64,000 bases of DNA from the NCBI GenBank assembly GCA_013265495.1, contig MU061017.1, forward strand, positions 1,981,587-2,045,586. The letters are read 5' to 3'. Under the pieces are notes generated by a model, which made no database searches, was not told the DNA's origin, and saw only the letters and a program-made list of their open reading frames with translations. The position numbers and the translations under genes are program-made. Shown here one piece after another: positions 48,975 to 60,900 of the stretch; the stretch's first letter is position 1, and every line of letters starts with the position of its first letter. The stretch comes from Vicugna vicugna (Eukaryota).

Positions 48975-51900
48975 TACACATGCTAAAATAGAAGCAGCTG
49001 AAGACTGAGAACAAGAGAAGGAATAGGAGGAGCTGGCTGCCCCTAGGAAAGACAGAGAGGAAGGAAGGAGGGAGTCACTGCTCCCTGAGGACCTGCCCTC
49101 CTTTGTCTTCCCCAGAGCCAGAGCGAGGAAGTGTGTGCCCCGAGGCTTCTCCCCTCGAAGGCCGCCTCCTTCCTTCCTTCTAGAAGAAATGATGGCTCGG
49201 AAAAGCATAGGAAGGCTCTCTCAAGTGTGTGTGCTGAGAGTCCAGATGAAAGTTCTGGAATTCATCCGTTGATGGGTCAGGGCCAGGCTGTACCCTCTTT
49301 TCCATCATGGAAGACATTACATGTCATCACAACCTGTAACAGGTTCCATGCTAGTCTTTATAATTCACTAATGAAGTGAGCTTGTGTGTCAAGCGGGGCG
49401 TCGATGGATGGGGTGTCCACAGCTGTGTGCATTTAGATTTTATCGTATTTCTGAGAGCACAGGAGAAATGACGTGCATCCCATTCAGAGCAGTCAGAGCA
49501 GAAGGCAGAAAGCAGGAATGCGAAGTGTGGCTCCCGCTCCACTCCCTGGGCCAAGGTTTGTGATGCATAATTGAACGGAGAAGAGAAGAGTTTCTTCGTG
49601 TTGCGTGAAATGGCTTTTTTTCTCCTGCAGAATGTAGCTAAGGGTCTGCTTTCTTGGTGTTCTGTGTGTGTGTGCTGCAGTGAATTTTAATTGCTGATGC
49701 TTTTGAGGTTTCATTCTGTCAGCAGAGCACAGCAGGCGACAGTGAACTGTGCTCCCGTGGGTTTAATTCAGGTGATGGGTTTCTTTGCATTTGGGAAAGG
49801 AGTGAAACTAACAGCCCCCTTTCTTCTGCTAACAGCGATGCTCCTGTCCTTTGCAGCTCGGGTGCAGAGCATGTGCCGGGCGTGGCAGGGAAAGACTACA
49901 CAATGCGGTTTGCACAACTCGGGTCATATTTAAGGTGTCTCGCTGTTGGATCGGTCTACACTGGAAGTAAAACACAATCTTGGATCCAGATTTCTCCTTA
50001 AGGAGAAATGAGGTGTTTCTCCCCTGACATATGTTTAATTTTTAAACATCAGACATTTCTGCTCACAGATAAAATGCTTAGTGGCGACATCCAAAGGGAA
50101 GAAAGTTTGAGTCTTTTTGATTTGCAACCCTTTGACTGCCGACCCAAACTGTAGGTCCCAGTGGATACTGGGATAAAGGAAAGATGGTCATGATTGGGCA
50201 GCAGCCTGCATTTAGCAGGAACACATTTCTCAACCGTAAGGCAAAATGTAGCAGATGTGAATTGCAGCGGAACTAACAGTGGAGTAGCTCAAAAGCATCC
50301 AAAAATCCATCGATCATCAGTCAATAAGGGTGCATAGAAATAGTGTCTCCTGTTTTGGCTAATGTGTGTGTGTTTTGAGCCATTCGTAATTATGCATGAA
50401 TGGAGAATCCTAAGTAAAATCACAGGAGAATCTGCTCAGTTGTCCAAGATCCCTGCAGGGCACCCTTGGCTGGAATGTCCCAGGCCCTGTGCGGTGTCAG
50501 ACAGTAAGAAGTGAACGCTCAGTCAGCTCACAGCGGCAAGGGACCACGTGCCTCGACTGGAGCATTTCTCTCGAATTATTTGTAAACAGTGATGCGCTTT
50601 GGGCAGAAAGGTATCTTCACCTGCGCTCTTTGCCCTACTTTTCTCTTAGCTTCAACTGGTAAGAGCCAAAACACCCCTTGGCCTGTGACAGTTTAGGTGG
50701 GAAACCCAAAATGCCATTGACGAGGCCAGAGTCATTCAGTTAACAGATCAGATGTAAACATAACATAGGACAAAAAGGAATATAGGGGAATCCAAATAAG
50801 AAAACTGGTTTTTTGTTGTGAAAATCAAATGTGTGTCTTATCCATTCAGCCACAAGTCTAAAGAGACAACTTTAAACTTGAACCAAAGATGCCCGAGCAC
50901 ATGTTTAATGTCACACTCTTAGTTCACTGGGCCGGGGGCTCAGTCTCTGGTGCTCAGTGTTGACAGAGCCATTGTCTCAACCATCAGGAGGAAACCTATT
51001 CCCTTTCTGCACTGGCCTCTTTTTATTAAATTTCATTAGAATATTTATTATACTGCTTCCTGGTTACTTTTTAAATTTTTTATTGAAGTATAGTTGCTGT
51101 ACAATATTGTAGAAGTTGCAGGTGTGCAATATAGTGAATCACAGTTTGAAAGGTTATACTCCCTTTATACTTATTTTAAAATATTGGCTATATTACTTAT
51201 AGTTTATTTTGTACCTAATAGTTTGTAGCTGTTAATCCCCTACCCCTATATTGCCCTCCCCCATCCCTCTCCCCACTAGTAACCGTTATGCTACGTGAAA
51301 TAAGTCAGACAGAGAAAGACCGATATGGTAGGTACCACTTCCATGTGGAATCTAAAAAACACAGCAAACTAAGGAGTATAACCAAATGAAGCCAGCTCAC
51401 AGACATAGAGAAGAAACTCGTGGCTTCTTTGCGTCTTGGTTGGGGTGTCTCATGGGGGCTCCTAGGATAACGTGGGTGGGGATGACCAGAGAAGTTGAGA
51501 GGAAGTCCCTGGCTGCCTTCTCTAGCCTGCATCCACTTAACCTCCCTCAGCCCATGTCCCCCTCCTCGCTGCACCAAAAGAAACGTGAAATGACTTTTCC
51601 TAACGTCATGTGATATTTTGTTCTTACAGGGCACTCAGTCTGCGCCTTAAAAGTCATGGGACTGGCCCTTCCTGACCAGGTTCCATTTCATTACCCTTGC
51701 TTCCCAAGGATGCCGAGAACGTTTCTGGAATCTGTGAAGAAATAACCTGCCTTTTTTTCTCCTTCAGCAGTCCCCCGGGATTGACTTTGGCACCTCGGTC
51801 CTGACAGAGACACCTCCCCATTTTCAAAACAAGCTGACATGCTCCTCGATGTGGTATTAATATGCAGTGTTGCTGCTGTATCTAATGCTTACTTGGTGTC

Positions 51901-54900
51901 GTTAACCAAATGCTCTTTATGATTTATAATTCGTCTATTTCCGGGCAGNNNNNNNNNNNNNNNNNNNNNNNNNNNNNNNNNNNNNNNNNNNNNNNNNNNN
52001 NNNNNNNNNNNNNNNNNNNNNNNNNNNNNNNNNNNNNNNNNNNNNNNNNNNNNNNNNNNNNNNNNNNNNNNNNNNNNNNNNNNNNNNNNNNNNNNNNNNN
52101 NNNNNCCNNNNNNNNNNNNNNNNNNNNNNNNNNNNNNNNNNNNNNNNNNNNNNNNNNNNNNNNNNNNNNNNNNNNNNNNNNNNNNNNNNNNNNNNNNNNN
52201 NNNNNNNNNNNNNNNNNNNNNNNNNNNNNNNNNNNNNNNNNNNNNNNNNNNNNNNCCCACTCATTTCTTCCTGTTTCGGATTTCCTAAGCGAAGCCATTT
52301 GAGAGATTTCCTCTTGTTCTCAATGCACATCCAGAATTCATCATCCTTCACAGCCCTGACATGACAATCCGATACCATGACAGGCTTCAGTTGAATATTT
52401 TGCTCCACGAAATCTGGCCGTACAAACTGCTATCCACAGTAAAATCACTTTAGCTACAGCAGTTTGCACACTTGAATTTTTCCCAGATAGTTCATCAGAA
52501 TTGATGCCCAGAAAGCAATGTTGCAAATGAGCTTTATAGGACTGTTGCTTAACTTTGGCCAGGAGTTCTAAAAACCACAGTTGCTCTAAAATGTCACAGC
52601 TCCATGAAAACCTAACCTTGAACACACCACCAAGAGAAACGTGTCGATACCAAAGGCTGTTGCTTGAAACCAACAAGAGTGTTTCATAAAATTCATGCAG
52701 ATTGAGAACTTTCTGAAATAAGAGATCTGAGAATTTGGAATGAGACCAGTATGGCCGTGATGGCCGAGGCATCACTTTCAAGTGGGCCTCCCCCCTGGAC
52801 AGGAGGGAAGAAAGATCAAAGCAAAATTCACTTGACAGTTACCGTGACCGGTATCTCCCCGTGATCGAGAAGCACACGATTGACCCTTGCGGCAAAGGAA
52901 ATGAAATTACAGCCTAATGAAGCACACAGGAGTGACAAAATAGTTAGTTAATACTGTGACTGTCACAGCCTTGGGGAAACATTTCTCACTTACGTAAAGA
53001 GAAAAGGCAGCCTCTGCTCACAGCTTTCCCCGGTAAAATCAGACACCCGTTCAAACCTGCCCTGGGAGTCACAGGCGTTCCGTTCTCTCCTCGCTGGCAA
53101 ATTTTTGCTTATTTCACAGCCTGAGACGCGCACGGGCCGCACTGATCACGGAAGCGAAACTAACCGCAGTAACCCCGCAGGGCGCCCGTGCATGCGGGGG
53201 TCCCCGGCGACCTCGCTCCTCTGAGAGCTGATTGGGCGACATCCACACGTACAAAACCATCCGCCGCTCGCCTCGCATGTGCTCCGTCCCTGGGCCGCCC
53301 CGCGTGCGTGAGCACCGTGTGTGCCGCCCTCACCCTCCGCGTTGACCGCCTCTGAGGGCGTCCCCTCTCCCGGCATGGCCACCCTGCCCCGCAAGTTAGT
53401 CCCATTTACAGCCAGACTCCTGGACACCGTTTTGGACGGGAGGCATCCTCGTTTCCAGGAAGGGAGTGGGGGGTGACGTCCCCAAAGAAGGGAACCTCTG
53501 TTGTGTTAACCTCACTTAAAAAATTATCTCCATCTGTGAGTGTTAGGGCCGAGGAAAGAACCCCGGGAGCCGACGATTGCCTGTAACTCCAAATTCCACC
53601 CAAAACATGTGACTCCGTTATTTCCCTGAGGGAGACAGGCCCCTTGCAGAAGCTGAAGTGACTGCTCAGAGGCTGATGTTCTGGGGGAAAGGCTCGGACC
53701 TTCTCCCTGAAATCGGAGGTGTGAGCAGATATTGGGTTGAGACTCGTTAGTTTCTTCTTTAAACCCGAGGTTGGTCATTTCTGCGCAGTGCCGTGATTCA
53801 GAATGAAGCATGAGGGGGAAGCTAATTCACACTTCTGGGAAAAGGTCTCTTCCAGACAGTTTGAGCCACGCAAGGAATGTTTGAAGATGTTTCCCCAGGG
53901 TTGCCCTAGAAACACACCTTAGCCATGGTCTTGGCTATCAGTAAAAAAATGTGGCCAGTACTGAAAAATCACTGAGAGCCTGTGGCATTCCAAAGTATGG
54001 TCACCCTCCTGCATCAAAACACCCCTCTCCTGCCGTTTGCAAGGGACAGGCAGAGGACTGTCACTCAGATGTGCAGCAAGCAGCAGGAAATGGTCTTTAA
54101 TAATAAAGTCGAAGGGAATGGGGAAGCCGGAGCAAATGAAATTTACAATGAAAACAAACAAAGCTTTTGTCAGGAAGGTTTCCAGGGGAGTTGGGCCTGG
54201 AGGGGGGTTTTTCAATCACGCAGTGGGTGGGTTATATACCCACAGTTGATGAATCCAGTGTTCCGTGTCCACTCCCCCTGTCCCCCCCCCCCAAATTGCC
54301 TAGGATGCATTTAACATGTACTGGGTGTTCCATGCACCCTCAGTTTCTGTCCACGGTGTTCACTGAACCAGAAGGAGAAGGGAGGTGAACAGAGACATTG
54401 AGCACCAGCCCAGGACCGCCTGGGTCCTGAGCCCGCAGAGCTCTGCTCGCAGGGATTCATGACAAGGACACTCAGGCACCTGGCCCAGGGGCACAGGAGT
54501 GGGTTTGCTGGACAAGAAAATCTGAGCCCCTCCCCCAATGCCAAAGTTCATTTTCTAAATATCACAACATTGCGTCACTGCTGGGTCAGTTCCTCCAATG
54601 ACTCCCGTCAGCTACCGAGGACTCTGCATAAATGGGACCCCCTTGACCCCAGCATGTGTGTGATGAGACACCCCTGCATGCCCCCCCATGTCAGTGTGCT
54701 GCATGTCTGAGCATGGACCCCTCCCCTCCACCGTTTATAATGATCTTTTTTTCTTTAGCTACTGACACTGACTCGTACTAGGAAATGCTGATTCTGCTGA
54801 ACTAAACTCTTTAACATCCACTCTTCCTTCTTAGATTGAAAACATCACTAACCACCCCTTCCACCCACTCTTTTTATTTTTTTACAGCTGTGTGTCTGGA

Positions 54901-57900
54901 TTGCCACGGTCTCGGGCAGGTCGACATAGACTTTGCACTGGGGGTTCTGCTCTAATTGCCTTTATTCCGAAGGATGTCCTGCCCTGGTGGTGACCAGGCT
55001 AGGGAGCTAGCATGAAGGGGCCAAGTCAATGATGTGTATCAGCCCAAATCCCCTGGACAGGGGTCGGGAGCCTCCAAAAGCACCCATTTCCCTCAGGTTT
55101 ACCAATACGAGAGCTGAAACGTCCCAGGAGCCTCCTACTTCTGAATAATGAATCTGACATCCATGAAGTAGTGTTGGAGGTGTGCCGAGCCCCTCCTGTG
55201 GCCTGGGAGGCAGGAGCCCAATTATAATTGTTGGTGATAGCAGTTATTTTTGTCCTAACTTCCTCAGCCTAGATCAGCCCCATAACCACAAACTATACCT
55301 TCGTGGTCACAGTGTCTTTTTAGGATGATGAAACAAAGATAATTGATCAATTAATCTGTTGGTGTTTTCATGACACCCACAAGAAGGGAATTGGTATTTT
55401 TGTGGTCAGGTCTGTCAGAGTTCATTTGTTGCTGTTTCATTTGTACTCAGAACTGCCATGCCTCCCCCTCCACCTCCCATCACAGACTCACATTCATAAT
55501 CCCTGATGAGAAAAATGATGCTGGAAAGAGTGTGTGGACTGGATGCCTCCGTGAGCTTGGTCTCGGAGAGCGAAGCATCCTCTCTCCATAGAAGCGAGGA
55601 ACCTGGCTGTGCCCATACCTGCCCGTTCTGTATCCCAGAGTTCCCCGGAGCCAGGGACCAGGGTGGCAAAGAGTCAGGTCACACTAGCACAGCAGATCCT
55701 TAACAATAAAGAGAAAAGAGCTCGGGAGCAAAAGAACACTTTACTCCATACGCCTGATTTGGGGGAGACAAAAACAGACGTTTGAGACAAATTGCTGCCA
55801 GTCCACGCACTGTGGGCTGCTTTTTTGGGAAAACCACCTCAGAATAGAATAGCCAGGTCGGCTGCCAAAGGCGCATCGGGGAGATTCTGAGAGTCCAGGA
55901 GTGTGTGCAGCATAGATCACTTTCGTTCGTTTGATGTCTAGGGCTGAGAGACTGATCTCAGGAAGGAGAATTAATGGATTAATAACTAAATTCTGATTCC
56001 CTGAGGTCATTTGCTGATCCTCTGAGGACCAGGCAAACTTCTCACCTCTTGATGTAATGTTGAATGTTTCTGGATTGGAAAAATCAAATAGGCTTCATAT
56101 CATCACAACTAAATCTTACCTTTGGACTTTTTTGAACAAATAAGAAAAAGAGCATACACAAGATTCAAATGGCTTGCAAGAAATAATAAACAGGAGCAGG
56201 CATTAGGATAAACAAAAGGAACAGTATCTTTAATGCCAGAAAATCCTATTAGAGATTCTGTGAAGGCTGTACATCCATCATTGGCTTCCACTCAGATGCC
56301 TGAAACTCTGTGTGGGTCCTGATGGGAGAGAAAGCAAAGTGCGTGAAGACAGAACCCAGGTCCGGCCCGTCTGAGGGAGGCCCGTTGGCCCCTCAGCATT
56401 TCAATCAGAACGTGCAACGCTTGGTACTTGGGCTTTTTGAGTGAGAATCAGAATTTTGTTTTCCTTCCAAGATGCGCAGCTGCTGTCCAAACACCCTGGG
56501 CTTGCTGGAATTTTTGTTGTGGAATCCAAGCCATCCGGCACTCGTTTTCTGATCCCAGGGCTTCTGCTGACGAGGGAAAAGACATGAAACTGACTCCGAC
56601 TTTAGGGCTCAGTAGCACAATAATTATAAAGAAGAACCTGCAATCTGCATGGCCAGAAATACGCATTTCAATTACGGTTTCTAAGGGGAATTTACAGGAC
56701 CTGCCTATGATGGTTTTGACTGTATGTGGTCTCTCTGGTACAGTCTTCTTTTTTTTTTTTCCCTTGCATACACGATTTACATTCTTCTGGAAGATACCAG
56801 AACTGCCCGCTATTTCATATCTGTTATTGACAAGGTTTATTTTTACAAATACTGCTGTTTTAGTCTTTACATAAAAATATTCGGGGGGAAAATTTGACTC
56901 ATAGCTGACGTTAAACTCAGAGGGTATAATTAACCCCAGGGGTTTTCTTGGAGCAACCTGCCGATTGCTGCTGAATCGCAAACCAACATTTACAAATAAT
57001 TACAATATTGGTTTTGCTGAAATTACCCATAATGATTTCAATCAGAGCAGCCATCTCAGAACAGAGTGCACATGGGGACCCTCTAAATAATTTCCTCCCC
57101 TAATGTGTTCAGTAAAGCAGCCAGTCCCCTGAATGCCAGGCCCATTTCTTTTGGCGTCAGCCCCTCCCTCCTCAGGCATGACTGGAACATTCTTTTTGCA
57201 GAGAGAGCTTAGGAAATCGTTTCTTGAACCCCATTGGCTGCAGTAAACATTTGAATGTGAATAAGACAAATGATTAAACAAGGATTGTTCTTTCCACATC
57301 TTTATGTACTTACAGCAAGTTACATAGCCATAAAGTTGGTCAGCATCTCTGTGATGTTAGTTGAATGCAATCTTCCTTTAGAAATCGTCATAGGGAGGGC
57401 TAGGTTTTTGCATGAGGGCCCCACCATTTTCGAAAGAATAGATCGTAACTAAAGCTTTCCATTTGGTAAACAGAACCTTGTCTTAATCACCTTGGAAACT
57501 CTGACGTTTCATGGACCACCTGGTACCTAATAGGTACTGAATATACGTTTGTTAAATAAATTATATTTAAAGCACTCTACATGATACGATTTTTATAAAG
57601 CGCTCTAAATTCTGTGAGAAAGTAATCCATATCAGAGTTGCATGGTAGTCACTTGGATAAAATGATAGCAAATTGTAGTATTGTGATTTCCTGGGAATGG
57701 TGAAACTGTGTTCTGTGGTCTAATTTTTAGTGGTTTCTCTGTGATTCCCACTGTATTTTTTCAAATCCAAAGATAAGAGGGTCCCATTATTGGGGCTGTT
57801 GGTTTCCACGGGGATTCCTTGGCGAGATTTTTGTCCGTATGTCTTTGAAGACCCTTTGGGTCTCTTTTCAAAGACAGGACTTTTTGAGATAAATTTTTAA

Positions 57901-60900
57901 AAATTATTTAAAAAAACGAAAAAAAGGGGGGGGGCAACTCTGTGCCTGAGAGATATGGTATTGTTGATCCTGGGGTGCAGCTCCCTAAAATGGGCTCAGC
58001 GCCCTGTATTTTCTGTTTTGTCCTTTACAGTGTCATGAAAATAGCCAGGGTGTCCTTGATGGTTCATCCTAGCATAGTGGCTGTCACGGTGTCACAGTGA
58101 TGTCAGAGCAAGAAGCCCTGGGGAGTATCTGGCAGTTTGCAAATATGGTGGCCAAGGCCACAGATGTTCTGGGCCCCACTGTGGCATCCTTAGCATTTAG
58201 TTCTAAAGGGATCTTCACAAACATCAGAGAGAGTGCCTCTTCTCAACAGACGCTCCCCCCAAAGCAGAGTTCAGTGTTACATGGCATTGATGCAGACTTT
58301 GAAACCCATACTGCTCAAATCTGAGAGGAAATAGTAAGGAAGGTGCGGGGCAGAGTGGCCAGCAAAGTAATCTCCACTTCCCTTCCCAGGAAGCCTTGAA
58401 GGAAAGACTAGATCCTTGCCTGGTGAGTGTGTTGGAAGAGCCATTGAAGCCTCTTCCTTCCCTCCTCCTTAAGGCAAAGTGACCATTAATTACAGAATCA
58501 ATGTTGCAGGTCTAAATAGAGAAATCTATAGTGATTAACATAAGTCTTCATTCAGCCCAGGGTCACCAACATCCCGTTTCACCTGGGACTACGGCTTTTT
58601 CCAGGATAAAGGACTCACAGTGCCAACCCCTGGAAAGTCCCAGACTAACAGGATGAGGTGGGCACCCTAATTCAGTGAGAGAATAGAGTCTTTAAAGTTC
58701 TACTGTGTCTCTTCTTCCCTTGTTCAGCATTGGTGAATTGACTCAGACATCCTTCAGTCCTGTAAAAAAATACTCCCCTGTGAGTTCCCTTTTAGCACTG
58801 GATATTTCTGAATGGTATAAGACAAAACTGAATTATTGTCCAAGCCTCAGAATGATCCAAAAGAATGTGAAAAGCATTCACACCTTGACATTATTGAAAC
58901 CAAATCTCTAAGTATTTTCCCCTGAATAATTAGTGCTAGTTGCTAGGCAGTGGCGTAAAAACAGGACAAATCTTTGCCTGGTGCTCATTTATGTTTTTAT
59001 TTTCATTTTTCTTTTTCCTGAATTACCGACTGAAGAAAAAGGAATAATAAGGGCATCTTTTTCCAAATACATCATCCCTCAGACATTAAGATCGCCCATC
59101 CTTTCTGTTGGCACTTTCACGTGTCCCCATTACTAGTACAAGTGCGCACAGATCACCTTGCAAGCTTATTAACTGAACTTTCGGGTGGTGTGCGTGTTGC
59201 TGGCCCAGGCTGAGTAGCAGGGCTCTCCTGAGCTTTATCTGTCTGGTTCTTTGTCTCAAAGAGGAAATAAGCATGCTCGGCCACTGAGGTCCCCAGAGTA
59301 GCTGAGAAAGGAGGATGTGCTGGCCTGACTTGGCCAGCAGCTTTCTCATAAATGGCCAAAGGTACACTTGTGAGTGCTGAGGTCCGAAGCCCGGTGACAA
59401 GCCTTCCCTGGCACTTCTGTCCCTTGTCTGATTCTATCTTCCAGAGAACAAACCAGGACTGCCCAGCCAGAAGCTCACTGTCTTATAGGCTCGCCAGATC
59501 TGTCCGAGGTCATAAAATGGATGCAGAGATGATTCCCACAGGAAGTGCAGGGTTCCCGAGTGTCTTAAATCTTCACTTTAACCTTTTATAACAGACACTT
59601 TCTCATCTCATTGCTTTCGACATATACTAATGACCTAGTTTCTCTTAAAGTAAATCAGCATCTTACTGCAGAGCCATCCCAACCCTGGTAGTTTGTCACA
59701 TACAAGTTCATCTTTCTTCTTGACCTTGGGTTCACAGTGCTACTGCGAAAAAAGAGAAACATCGACTTTTTTTTTTCTGTTGAGAAATGCTGAAGACTTA
59801 TTTCCCCCTCTCTCCTCTCACAAATAGAAAGACTTTAATGATCGTTCCATTAATACAAGGTACCAAGGATTACCACTCAGGCTGTTGACCCCATAAACGC
59901 AGAATACTTGCAGGACATTTGCTGTGACAAATCGCACTTTATTTGATCATGATTGGAAGCTTTTTTTTTTTTTGATGAACCTAAGTCATAAAATTTAATT
60001 CGTGCAAAGCTGATTATAAGAATGCAGCATCATTCCAACTCCGTTAGGGACCAGACACCCCTGGGAGGAATCATATATCCAGGGGAAAAAACTGGGCTGC
60101 TTTGAAAATTTATTTTATGGATGTAAGTTTTCTCCTTAAATGATTACATTTTCCCATATTTCAGGCTGTTCCTTGAAATATTTCAAGTTCATAAAAGTTA
60201 AGTCTGCAGTTGTAAGCACAGCTAGGAAAAAGTGCAAGCACCAGTGAGGGACAGAAAAAAGGCTTCTCTCTATAATGGTGAAAGGACTGGGATATAATGG
60301 GACAGTAGCCTGAGTCTGAGGCATCTAACTGGAATTCGAAGTTTCACACTTATTGCTCATTAACCATTTGAATTTTGGAGAAAGCAAGAAAAGAGTCCAG
60401 CCCCACCCCATCACTACATCCCCTTCAGATGGACTGGATTTCCATTTTGTGGACCAAAATGTCACACGCCTTAACTGGCTGTTTCAGGGGAACCCAGCGC
60501 GCCTAAGCTCGAAGGGCAGATGGGAGAGGATGGAAACTCTATTAAGGTGAACCTGATCAAGCAGGACGACGGCGGCTCCCCCATCAGACACTACCTGGTC
60601 AAGTACCGAGCGGTGAGTGGCCTCCTTCCTCCATCTTCACCCGCGCCTGCATCCTTGACACCCACCTTGTTGGGGCAACAACACGCAAAGCCCGGAGGGG
60701 TCGGGGGCAGCCTGTGTCTGGATGGTGGCTCATGGGCCCTGGTCAGGGTTTTAAATTCCAAGACAGACCTCCAGCTGTTGGGTCTTGTCCCCACTGGGAC
60801 TGGTTTGAAAACCACTGAAATGATTTCGGTGGTGACACACACTCATAACCATGACTGCTTGTGCTGCTGCTTGACTTTTTCTGCAAAGTTATCCAGCCAC

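Noticed and set aside
52106-52107. Isolated cc inside the N run
   Set aside because: Most likely base-level quality masking or consensus artefact; carries no biological information.
33919-52408. ORFs containing long X runs
   Set aside because: Artefacts of translating through the N gaps.
57570-57740. Possible very old L1ME-like 3' remnant
   Set aside because: Similarity too faint to support without RepeatMasker.
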